A stretch of 32,000 nucleotides of DNA from Acaryochloris marina MBIC11017 (lineage in GTDB: Bacteria; Cyanobacteriota; Cyanobacteriia; Thermosynechococcales; Thermosynechococcaceae): positions 4,740,001-4,772,000 of the forward strand of contig NC_009925.1 in NCBI RefSeq assembly GCF_000018105.1. The letters are read 5' to 3'. A model generated the notes under the pieces. It worked only from the letters and a program-made list of their open reading frames with translations, searched no databases and was not told the origin of the DNA. Position 1 is the stretch's first letter. The number at the start of each line of letters is the position of its first letter. Positions 23,456 to 31,405 of the stretch are shown one piece after another. A program made the translations under genes and the position numbers.

Positions 23456-24289
23456 ATGTCTCAATACGCCCATCCCGAAGTCTTAGTGGATACCCAATGG
23501 CTGATGGAACATCTCAATGATTCCAATCTCCGCATTCTTGAAGTGGATATGAATCCAGAGGCTTATAACGATGCCCATATTCCAGGTGCCGTCTTTTGGC
23601 CGATCGCTGAACTGATGAGGCCAGACTTGTCCCTCAATTTAGATCCAGTCGCCTTTAGCGCATTGCTGGGCAAGTCTGGGATTAATGCCCATACAACCGT
23701 TGTTGCTTATGGCAGCTACCCTGGCACGGGGGCCTTTCTATTTTGGCTATTTCGGCTCTTTGGTCATCCAAATATTGTGGTGCTTAACGGGGGATATCAG
23801 CAATGGATCGCTCAAGGAGGAGCGGTAGTTTCAGAGCTTTCTACTTTCCCAGCTACGGAGTATCGGGTGCAAGGACCGGATGCTAATTTACGAGTTTTGT
23901 CTGCCGAAGTATTGGCTGCGCTAGAGAGACCCGATCAAATCCTGCTAGATGTGAGAACAGAGGCTGAATATACGGGTGAGTTATACCTGATGGAGCCACC
24001 CCAAGGGGATGAAGTGGGAGGCCATATTCCGGGTGCAGTGCATCTGGACCATGCCGAAACGTTGAATGAGGATGGCACATTCAAGTCAGCGGATGAGTTA
24101 CATACACTTTTTCAGCAGCAAGGGATTACACCCGAAAAGGAGATATTTCCCTACTGTGCCATTGGTGGGCGATCTGCCTATATTTGGTTTGTTTTGACCT
24201 ATCTGTTGGGCTATCCCCAAGTTCGGAATTATGATGGCTCTTGGCAAGAGTGGAGTCGATTACCCAACGTTCCCATTGATCAAGGATGA
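23456..24289 (+). CDS. Two-domain rhodanese-family sulfurtransferase (thiosulfate/3-mercaptopyruvate type)
   Basis: I prefer the start MSQYAHPEVLVDTQWL at ATG 23456, because the ORF-track start at 23348 would overlap the divergent LuxR gene. N-terminal rhodanese motif: YNDAHIPGAVFW. C-terminal domain: LLDVRTEAEYTGE, active-site loop YCAIGGRSA, NYDGSWQEW. Confidence 0.85.
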   Translation: MSQYAHPEVLVDTQWLMEHLNDSNLRILEVDMNPEAYNDAHIPGAVFWPIAELMRPDLSLNLDPVAFSALLGKSGINAHTTVVAYGSYPGTGAFLFWLFRLFGHPNIVVLNGGYQQWIAQGGAVVSELSTFPATEYRVQGPDANLRVLSAEVLAALERPDQILLDVRTEAEYTGELYLMEPPQGDEVGGHIPGAVHLDHAETLNEDGTFKSADELHTLFQQQGITPEKEIFPYCAIGGRSAYIWFVLTYLLGYPQVRNYDGSWQEWSRLPNVPIDQG

Positions 24290-24514
24290 AAGTACTTTGG
24301 GAGTTTGAATGGCTAGCATTGTTTCAATCAGCTCTATATCGATCTGGGACGATACCAACCATTCGTTGGTTATCCAAGAAAGGGGAGTACAAATTGAGAT
24401 GAGTGCAATCTTAAAGAAAACACTTGCCCAACCAGTAATTTTAGGCTTAGGGACTTTGATTGAAAATTGTTCTTACTAAAGAGCCATCAAAAATATCACA
24501 GAAAGTTTCATGCT

Positions 24515-27500
24515 TTAAGGCTCCCACAGCTTCACCGTCCGGTCGGAGCTGGCCGTGGCGATGGTGTTGCCATCTGGGCTATAGGTTACACTCAAGACCC
24601 GATTACTGTGTCCTTTGAGGGTTTGTAACTCCTTGCCATCGGCGCTCCACAGCTTCACCGTTTCATCATTACTGGCTGTGGCAATGGTTTTGCCATCCGG
24701 GCTATAGGTCACACTCCTAACCGGAGCACTGTGTCCTTTGAGGGTCTGTAATTCCTTGCCATCGGTGCTCCACAGCGTCACTGTCTGGTCATCACTGGCT
24801 GTGGCAATGGTTTTGCCATCCGGGCTATAGGTCACACTCCTAACCGGAGCACTGTGTCCTTTGAGGGTCTGTAATTCCTTGCCATCGGCGCTCCACAGCT
24901 TCACCGTTTCATAATTACTGGCTGTGGCAATGGTTTTGCCATCCGGGCTATAGGTTACAGCACTGTGTCCTTTGAGGGTCTGTAATTCCTTGCCATCGGC
25001 GCTCCACAGCTTCACCGTGCCGTCAAAACTGGCTGTGGCAATGGTTTTGCCATCCGGGCTATAGGTCACACTCCTAACTGAACCACTGTGTCCTTTGAGG
25101 GTTTGTACCTCCTTGCCATCAGCGCTCCACAGCTTCACCGTGCCGTCATCACTGGCTGTAGCAATGGTTTTGCCATCCGGGCTATAGGTTACACCCCAGA
25201 CCGCAGCATTGTGTCCTTTGAGGGTCCGTAACTCCTTACCATCGGCGCTCCACAGCTTCACCGTGCCGTTATCACTGGCTGTGGCAATGATTTTGCCATC
25301 CGGGCTATAGGTCACACTCAAGACCAGAGCTTCAACAGTTAGTTGACTGATGCCATCCCGAATTTGAAAGCTTTCTTGGTCAAGTAATTTTGCTTTTGTA
25401 TAAGGATCATAGTCTAGTGATGCCCCCCATTTTTTCGCTAGATTAAACAAATCAACCGCTGTTGTGATTTGACCTTGTTTTGCCGCTATTTCAGCCTGCT
25501 CAAGTAAAGCAGGTATAGCCTTAGCTCTTAGTGCAGGCTTAAGTCTAAGACAAACATCCAGATCTCTAAGCAGTAAAGGTTCTCGGATCAAATAATCGTC
25601 AAGCCAGTGACAAGCAATATTCAATAATTTCTCAACGTCCAGTATCCACAGCTTCACCGTGCCGTCAGAACTGGCTGTGGCAATGGTTTTGCCATCCGGG
25701 CTATAGGTCACACTCCTAACCGGAGCACTGTGTCCTTTGAGGGTCTGTAATTCCTTGCCATCGGCACTCCACAGCTTCACCGTGCCGTCAGAACTGGCTG
25801 TGGCAATGGTTTTGCCATCCGGGCTATAGGTCACACTCCTAACCGGAGCACTGTGTCCTTTGAGGGTCTGTAACTCCTTACCATCGGCGCTCCACAGCTT
25901 CACCGTATTGTCATCACTGGCTGTGGCAATGGTTTTGCTATCTGGGCTATAGGTCACACTATTGACCAAATCACTGTGTCCTTTGAGGGTCTGTAATTCC
26001 TTGCCATCGGCGCTCCACAGCTTCACCGTTGCATCATTACTGGCTGTGGCAATGGTTTTGCCATCCGGGCTATAGGTCACACTATTGACCAAATCACTGT
26101 GTCCTTTGAGGGTCTGTAATTCCTTGCCATCGGCGCTCCACAACTTCACTGTCTTGTCATCACTGGCCGAGGCGATGGTTTTGCCATCTGGGCTATAGGT
26201 CACACTCCTGACCGCAGAACTGTGGCCCAATAAGCGCTCTTGCTCACGCACCCCATAGATAACGTCTCGCATAGCAGCTAATGCTTGCATAGTCACAACG
26301 CCATCAAGATCCTCTGACTGGAGTCTTTGACCCGTTTTGACAGCTTCAATCACCGCATCTTTCTCAAAAAATGCCGCTTTATAGTTCAGCATCGCGAAGC
26401 TGGATGCCACTACCTGAGCATTCTTTTCTCCTCTAAGCGCAGCTTGTTGCCCTTTTATCGCAGCTTGTCGCATGGACAGCGCAATTCCTCCAGCAATGAT
26501 TGCCAGAACTGCTAATCCACCTAAACCGACAGCAGCAAACCTTGCCTGTCGTAACTGCTTTGTTTCCGCACCCTGCCGACGTTCACGCTCTTCCTCTAGT
26601 TGAACCATCAGAGGTCGTTGGGTTTCCCGGATAAACGCAGCGATAAAGTCATGAAAAAGCTGGTACCGAATATGATCTTGATCTTGCAGCTCTAGTACAA
26701 CACCTGACTTTAATAAGATTGTCGAGACTTGCTGCCACCGCGATTCATCTTTTTCTACCCCATTCCCCAATGGTTGAATCGCATTCAACAACTCGGATCG
26801 AGTCAGCAGGGGACGAGTGCCCTTAGCATCCGTTAAAGAAAATAGAATTAAGTCGGCAAGTTTCTGAGCATCAGCGTCGCCACATGCAGACACCACCGAT
26901 CTTAGAAAGCGATCAACGAAAGTATTTTTATCACCTTGGCGTTGATAGGCTTCTAGGGTCTCAATCCCTTCTTCCTGTAGCTGAGTCCCAATTACTTGGA
27001 GTTCAACAGGGCGGACTTCTCCTTCAGTCGCTAAGTCTTCAACTAGCTCCTGAACTAATTGTTCCTCTAGTTGAAATTGAGTCTCCTGACTTAATTCATA
27101 GATAATTTTTTTGGCCCGCTGAACCGAAAAATTTCCCAGATAGTAGCGGTGACGGGGACTTAAAATATTTTGTAAGGCATCAGCACTGGTCTCGTTATTC
27201 GCCTCTAACCGCTCACACTCCAACAGTGTATGGAGATAGTCCTCCCGCAAGGACAGCGATATTTTGACATGATGTAGGGCATCAGAATCCATACAATGTC
27301 GTAGAAAAGCCCAAAATTGCTCACGAATGGCTAACGTCGTGGCAAAGAAAAATTCTTCAAATTGGTCAAATATCAACAGGACCTGGCAATTTCCTTTGCT
27401 TAGTGCCACCAGTCTATTAACTAATCCCGCGAAGCTTTCTTTTTGATCATCAGCTTGTTCTGCATCCGAAGTAACCGATGTAGCCATAACGGAAGCTAGG

Positions 27501-29344
27501 CTTTCCTCTTCCGCAAACGATTCTAAGCCGTGAATTGCTACACTTTGCCAATCGGTGTAGCGATTGATCAGAATGGGCGCAATACGTTGAGTTTCGATCC
27601 GCTGCTGCCTCAGCTTTGGCAACAGACTTGATCGAATTAAGGAGCTTTTACCCACACCAGACTGGCCATAAAGAACCATTAAACGGATATCAGAACGCAA
27701 AATCAGCCGAATAACTGCTTCCAAATCTTGCAATCGCCCGGCTGAAGTCACTTGACGTTCCAAAGACTCTAAGGGTTGGTTTTCAGTTGGTATCGGATCA
27801 AAAATTTGGGTCGTTGCCCGTAACGCTGGTAATTTGAACTCGAATTCATCAGAATGTTGAATCGCGTACAACAATCGCATTGAAAACGGTACAAATTTAT
27901 ATTGATATTGAATCCATCGTTTTTGCTGCTCAAACTGGAATGCTCTCACAACATTCCCTTTCTGGCGGTAAAGCTGGGCTAAACAATCGCAAATATCAAT
28001 CTGCAATTGCGGGTCACGCTGCGGATCGCTTTCCTCACATAATTCCAAGCTCGCGATTGCAGATTCCAAGTTACCTTGATGCTGGTAAGCTTTGGCTAAC
28101 AATAAGCGATAGAGAGCTTGGCGAGGAACGTGCTGAATATCGGCTTGCTCTAGGATTTCTAGCGCCTTTTGAGAATGCTGCACAGCCTGGTCCCATTGTT
28201 GACAATGCAAGGCAACCTCTGCCAGATACCCATAGTCACGAGCCAGATAAATTTCAGGATAAGTTTTCCTGGCGGTGATTTGCGTCCTACCCTCCGCTGC
28301 TCCAACATTAAGCTGCTGAGACTCTGCAATAAATGCTTTGGTCTGGTGAAATGTTAGGGCTTGTTGGGTGATCTTTTGCAGTTCATCCCATTTAGCCTGT
28401 TGACGCAGGATTTCACATAAGTCCCCCATAAATCTGGCGACTAAATCCTGGCGCTGCCCCTGTTCAAAGGCCCCTAGGCTTAATTCCATCAGCTCTTGGG
28501 CTTGACGCCAATCCCAGCGATTTCGCCACCAATACAGGCTTGGATCAGCGGCACATCGAGCCATACGAAAGTAGAGAATGCCGATTTCCCCGGACTGGTA
28601 GGCTGCCTCACTTCCATGGGCTTTTCGATAGCCCAGAACAGACTCAAAACAGGTTTTTGCGCTCTCCCGATCACCTGTTGATACTGCCCAATAGCCCTGG
28701 ACTAAATCGACAGTGGCAATTTGTTCCGCAGATAGCTGCGATCTCCGTTCCGCCAAATCATTGAGGATTAGCCTTAGTTCGTTCTTCTGACTGCCCTTCA
28801 CCGTGTCATCAACGGTTCCTTGCTGGTGCAAATCCTGTGCCAAAATCTGGTCTGCAACCGTTTCTACCGAGTCGTAGAGGGGCTCAATCGGTAAGGGAAA
28901 AGAGATCGTATCAGCCCAGCTAAATAAGTCTGACGCTAACCGAATCATTATTTGCAAACTTTCATCCGTTAGCCAAAGTACAAGGGGAAAATCAAATTGA
29001 CGGAATTCTTCCCGGACAACGTTGGTCGCCGTCAATAGCTCTTCTACGCTGGTATGTTCTTCCAATCCCTCGACCATCAGCGCCGGAGGAGAAGTCTTGC
29101 GGGCTTGTTGCAAGATAAATTGCAGCAAGCGCTCCTCATCCTTTGGCAATATGGCGAGTTCAAAACTACTGGAGTGCTCAGTTCGTAATTCTTGCACCAG
29201 TAATCTACGCAGGCTAACGGAATTACAGATCGCCAGAACCAGCGTAAATTCACCTTGAGAAAACTGCAGGATGCGGCTCATCTCCCGCAAGGGTTGAGCA
29301 TAAATCCCTAAATCAATTTGGGACCAATCAAACTCTAAACTCAC
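24515..29344 (-). CDS. Giant signal-transduction NTPase: N-terminal alpha/beta domain + TPR region, STAND P-loop NTPase (nSTAND1-like), one TM helix, 12 WD40 repeats in two blocks (1609 aa)
   Basis: GTG start at 29342-29344 overlaps the upstream TGA (GTGA). Walker A: LYGQSGVGKSSL (27644-27667). Walker B: VLLIFDQFEEFF (27353-27382). This pair of motifs matches what I recall for the novel STAND NTPase 1 family. TPR-like helices are at about residues 200-480. TM helix: FAAVGLGGLAVLAIIAGGIALSM. WD40 units: GHSxxVxSVTYSPDGKTIATASxDxTVKLWSADGKELQTLK. Confidence 0.9.
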   Translation of the reverse strand: MSLEFDWSQIDLGIYAQPLREMSRILQFSQGEFTLVLAICNSVSLRRLLVQELRTEHSSSFELAILPKDEERLLQFILQQARKTSPPALMVEGLEEHTSVEELLTATNVVREEFRQFDFPLVLWLTDESLQIMIRLASDLFSWADTISFPLPIEPLYDSVETVADQILAQDLHQQGTVDDTVKGSQKNELRLILNDLAERRSQLSAEQIATVDLVQGYWAVSTGDRESAKTCFESVLGYRKAHGSEAAYQSGEIGILYFRMARCAADPSLYWWRNRWDWRQAQELMELSLGAFEQGQRQDLVARFMGDLCEILRQQAKWDELQKITQQALTFHQTKAFIAESQQLNVGAAEGRTQITARKTYPEIYLARDYGYLAEVALHCQQWDQAVQHSQKALEILEQADIQHVPRQALYRLLLAKAYQHQGNLESAIASLELCEESDPQRDPQLQIDICDCLAQLYRQKGNVVRAFQFEQQKRWIQYQYKFVPFSMRLLYAIQHSDEFEFKLPALRATTQIFDPIPTENQPLESLERQVTSAGRLQDLEAVIRLILRSDIRLMVLYGQSGVGKSSLIRSSLLPKLRQQRIETQRIAPILINRYTDWQSVAIHGLESFAEEESLASVMATSVTSDAEQADDQKESFAGLVNRLVALSKGNCQVLLIFDQFEEFFFATTLAIREQFWAFLRHCMDSDALHHVKISLSLREDYLHTLLECERLEANNETSADALQNILSPRHRYYLGNFSVQRAKKIIYELSQETQFQLEEQLVQELVEDLATEGEVRPVELQVIGTQLQEEGIETLEAYQRQGDKNTFVDRFLRSVVSACGDADAQKLADLILFSLTDAKGTRPLLTRSELLNAIQPLGNGVEKDESRWQQVSTILLKSGVVLELQDQDHIRYQLFHDFIAAFIRETQRPLMVQLEEERERRQGAETKQLRQARFAAVGLGGLAVLAIIAGGIALSMRQAAIKGQQAALRGEKNAQVVASSFAMLNYKAAFFEKDAVIEAVKTGQRLQSEDLDGVVTMQALAAMRDVIYGVREQERLLGHSSAVRSVTYSPDGKTIASASDDKTVKLWSADGKELQTLKGHSDLVNSVTYSPDGKTIATASNDATVKLWSADGKELQTLKGHSDLVNSVTYSPDSKTIATASDDNTVKLWSADGKELQTLKGHSAPVRSVTYSPDGKTIATASSDGTVKLWSADGKELQTLKGHSAPVRSVTYSPDGKTIATASSDGTVKLWILDVEKLLNIACHWLDDYLIREPLLLRDLDVCLRLKPALRAKAIPALLEQAEIAAKQGQITTAVDLFNLAKKWGASLDYDPYTKAKLLDQESFQIRDGISQLTVEALVLSVTYSPDGKIIATASDNGTVKLWSADGKELRTLKGHNAAVWGVTYSPDGKTIATASDDGTVKLWSADGKEVQTLKGHSGSVRSVTYSPDGKTIATASFDGTVKLWSADGKELQTLKGHSAVTYSPDGKTIATASNYETVKLWSADGKELQTLKGHSAPVRSVTYSPDGKTIATASDDQTVTLWSTDGKELQTLKGHSAPVRSVTYSPDGKTIATASNDETVKLWSADGKELQTLKGHSNRVLSVTYSPDGNTIATASSDRTVKLWEP
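24518..25318 (-). repeat. Intragenic tandem array, WD40 block 2: seven 123-nt units (first N-terminally truncated, one 12 nt shorter, last C-terminally truncated)
   Basis: The 123-nt periodicity is read directly. For example, CCACAGCTTCACCG recurs at 24524 and 24647. The units are nearly identical at nucleotide level. Confidence 0.95.
25646..26227 (-). repeat. Intragenic tandem array, WD40 block 1: five 123-nt units
   Basis: 25646-25750 and 25769-25873 are identical over 105 nt. The whole adjacent units differ at 3 of 123 positions. Confidence 0.95.
26471..26539 (-). other. Single predicted transmembrane helix separating the NTPase module from the WD40 modules
   Basis: Encodes FAAVGLGGLAVLAIIAGGIALSM (23 hydrophobic or small residues). 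It is preceded by the Arg/Lys-rich stretch EERERRQGAETKQLRQAR. Confidence 0.7.
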
Positions 29345-30681
29345 CGCAGCTCCTCAGCATCCGTCAGGATGGGATTGATATCAAACCAAGACTGCTCTTC
29401 ATCCCGATATTCAAAGACAAACAAGCTGCGCAGCAGGGTTTGATAGGCATCTTCACCTCGGACAGCTTTACTCTCTCTAACCTGGCGCAACAACTCCCAT
29501 TCGTCAGCAGTAATGGGTTTGCTCAAATCATAACGACGTTGGCTAATCACTTGCTCTAGCAACTTGCTCGACACCGGGGGGTCATCTTTCTTTAGGCAGC
29601 CATGCATTAACACCAGTAAGTTGCGCACATGTCCCCCACTGGTTTGGCAAAGGCGTTCTAAAGTCGCTTCCGAATCAAACAGTTCTGATAACTGGTCTTG
29701 TCCAGCTCGTACTAAAATCATTTGTTTTAGCGCTGCCATCCCGGCCTCGCAGCTACTCTGATCTCGATTCTGCACACGCACCATCGGCAGCAGTTGAGGA
29801 TCTGAACCAAACCGATTGGATAGCCGTTCTTTCTCGTTGGAAAAGGCAAGAACTAAGGGAATTGTATAGATAACGTGACAAGTAAGTTGCTTTAGTTGCT
29901 CACCCCGATCCACAAATAAATATTCAGGTTGAGAACGATTGGGCAGCTTTTCCAGATTGTCAATCCGGTCCAGATTATCCACAATCACGACGAGACCCGC
30001 TTTCCCTTGCTGTTGCAGTTGAGTTTTTGCTGGCACCATAATTTCAGTATTAATGGCTTCTAAGATGGTATTCACCCTAGGTTCCAAATGACTGCGCAAC
30101 AGTGAGCGAACTTCTTTACTATCCCGAGACTTCGTCGTCAATTCGCCAATCCCAAAGGCCAGGGAATATTCACCATCCTTATGGCTCATTCCTACCTTGC
30201 TATCCAGGGCTGGAATATTTAATTTCAGGCCAGTCACTTCTGAGTTGAGTAAATCAACCGCACCGTGCAGAATTTTCTGGAAGCGTGTAGGTTCAAGGCA
30301 AATATCAGCCTGGGCCAAACTTTGGGTGATTTGACGGGCAATCACCAGCAAAATATCACTGATATCCACATCGGCCAGATCTAACTCTTCAGAGGATTCG
30401 AAAAAAACCACATGATAGTTTAAGTCTTCCAATTCCTGTTTCAGACGGGATAATTCCGTGGACTTCCCGCAACCAATATGTCCCGTAAATAATTGACAGG
30501 TGGCATCATCCCCAGACAAGTTAATGGTGCGCCGGAGTTCTTTCACCACATCGTTCCCCCGCACCGCAGCAAAATCGATATAGCAGGCACGGTCCTTTGC
30601 ATCCCCATAATTTAGGGTTTTGCTGGGATTACAAGCCCGAAACAACTGCCCGACATTCAAAACCATGGTTCTCACTGGCAA
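29341..30681 (-). CDS. P-loop ATPase (AAA+/ORC-Cdc6-like or STAND-related), 446 aa, translationally coupled to the WD40 NTPase gene
   Basis: Walker A: FTGHIGCGKSTEL (30457-30483 encodes GHIGCGKST). Walker B: GLVVIVDNLDRI. The lid-like motif QTSGGHVRNLLVLM is reminiscent of the GDxR region of Orc1/Cdc6-type AAA+ proteins. The stop overlaps the downstream GTG start. Confidence 0.85.
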   Translation of the reverse strand: MPVRTMVLNVGQLFRACNPSKTLNYGDAKDRACYIDFAAVRGNDVVKELRRTINLSGDDATCQLFTGHIGCGKSTELSRLKQELEDLNYHVVFFESSEELDLADVDISDILLVIARQITQSLAQADICLEPTRFQKILHGAVDLLNSEVTGLKLNIPALDSKVGMSHKDGEYSLAFGIGELTTKSRDSKEVRSLLRSHLEPRVNTILEAINTEIMVPAKTQLQQQGKAGLVVIVDNLDRIDNLEKLPNRSQPEYLFVDRGEQLKQLTCHVIYTIPLVLAFSNEKERLSNRFGSDPQLLPMVRVQNRDQSSCEAGMAALKQMILVRAGQDQLSELFDSEATLERLCQTSGGHVRNLLVLMHGCLKKDDPPVSSKLLEQVISQRRYDLSKPITADEWELLRQVRESKAVRGEDAYQTLLRSLFVFEYRDEEQSWFDINPILTDAEELR

Positions 30682-30901
30682 TACAATTTGCTTTCATCAT
30701 GCCAAAAGTAAGTACAGAAGACTGAAAAATTTACAAGGTTATAGATGCCTTGTTCACAAAATCTCCATAAATCAGCAAGAGAGTATTTTTAGTACAGGAC
30801 AACACTTTTGTGAGCTAGCTAGGGGTATGTTGTGAAGGAAATCACGAACCCTCACGACTAGATCCAATATTTTTCTAGTCAATAGTTCTAATTATGCTGC
30901 A

Positions 30902-31354
30902 TTAGCCCCCTAAATCCCCCATTCTGGGGGACTTTGAGTGTCTATCAATGCTTTGCTCGCTCGCCTGTCGGATTTGCTGAAGTACATGATCGAGGTGGTG
31001 CATAACGTCTGAGTTATGGAATCGGATCACTCGGTAACCCAGCTGGTTGAGCTGTTCGGTACGGGCTTCATCATATTCCACCTGCTGATTGTGGATGTCG
31101 CCGTCTAGCTCAATCACTAATCGGCATTGGGGACAGTAAAAATCGACAATGAACGAACCAATGGCGTGTTGACACCGGAATTTCAGGCCGCTGAGTTGAC
31201 GTTTTTGCAGTGCTTTCCACAGCTTTTGTTCTGCTGGCGTTAGATTGAGTCTTAGTTGTCGCGCGGCGGCAACGACGGCTGGGGTTGTGCCGCGAATGCG
31301 GTGGTGTTGTGTCTGTTTCTCTCGCATCGTGTTACCCCCAACCCTGTTTCCCAT
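30902..31354 (-). CDS. DUF559 / Vsr-like endonuclease-fold protein
   Basis: LTPAEQKLWKALQ...FRCQHAIGSFIVDFYCPQCRLVIELDGDIHNQQVEYDEARTEQLNQLGYRVIRFHNSDV matches the DUF559 pattern (xVDFYC...IExDG..H...YD..R...L...G..V.RF). The start could instead be the ATG at 31327. The last 11 codons (SPRMGDLGG and neighbours) are encoded by the left inverted repeat. Confidence 0.8.
   Translation of the reverse strand: MGNRVGGNTMREKQTQHHRIRGTTPAVVAAARQLRLNLTPAEQKLWKALQKRQLSGLKFRCQHAIGSFIVDFYCPQCRLVIELDGDIHNQQVEYDEARTEQLNQLGYRVIRFHNSDVMHHLDHVLQQIRQASEQSIDRHSKSPRMGDLGG
30905..30938. repeat. Left 34-bp inverted repeat flanking the DUF559 gene
   Basis: GCCCCCTAAATCCCCCATTCTGGGGGACTTTGAG is the exact reverse complement of 31372-31405. 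It contains an internal CCCCC-N5-GGGGG mini-hairpin. Confidence 0.95.
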
Positions 31355-31371
31355 CTAGGATAATCATAAAT

Positions 31372-31405
31372 CTCAAAGTCCCCCAGAATGGGGGATTTAG
31401 GGGGC
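31372..31405. repeat. Right 34-bp inverted repeat flanking the DUF559 gene
   Basis: CTCAAAGTCCCCCAGAATGGGGGATTTAGGGGGC is the exact reverse complement of 30905-30938. Confidence 0.95.

Larger units (their letters stand above)
30905..31405 (-). mobile_element. 501-bp cassette bounded by inverted repeats and carrying only the DUF559 gene (candidate small mobile or MITE-like element)
   Basis: Perfect 34-bp terminal inverted repeats enclose a single 150-aa ORF. I saw no transposase and no clear target-site duplication (flanks ...GCATTA and GGATGC...). Confidence 0.35.

Noticed and set aside
24399-24479. 26-codon small ORF (MSAILKKTLAQPVILGLGTLIENCSY) with an upstream AGGGGAG in the convergent intergenic region
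   Set aside because: It is plausible as a small hydrophobic peptide, but it is far too short to support from sequence alone. It would need conservation or ribosome-profiling evidence.
24518-26227. Regularly spaced near-identical repeats that could be mistaken for a CRISPR array or satellite
   Set aside because: The period is 123 nt with no unique spacers. The repeats are in frame inside a long ORF and translate to canonical WD40 units (GH...WD-like). This is coding tandem duplication, not CRISPR.
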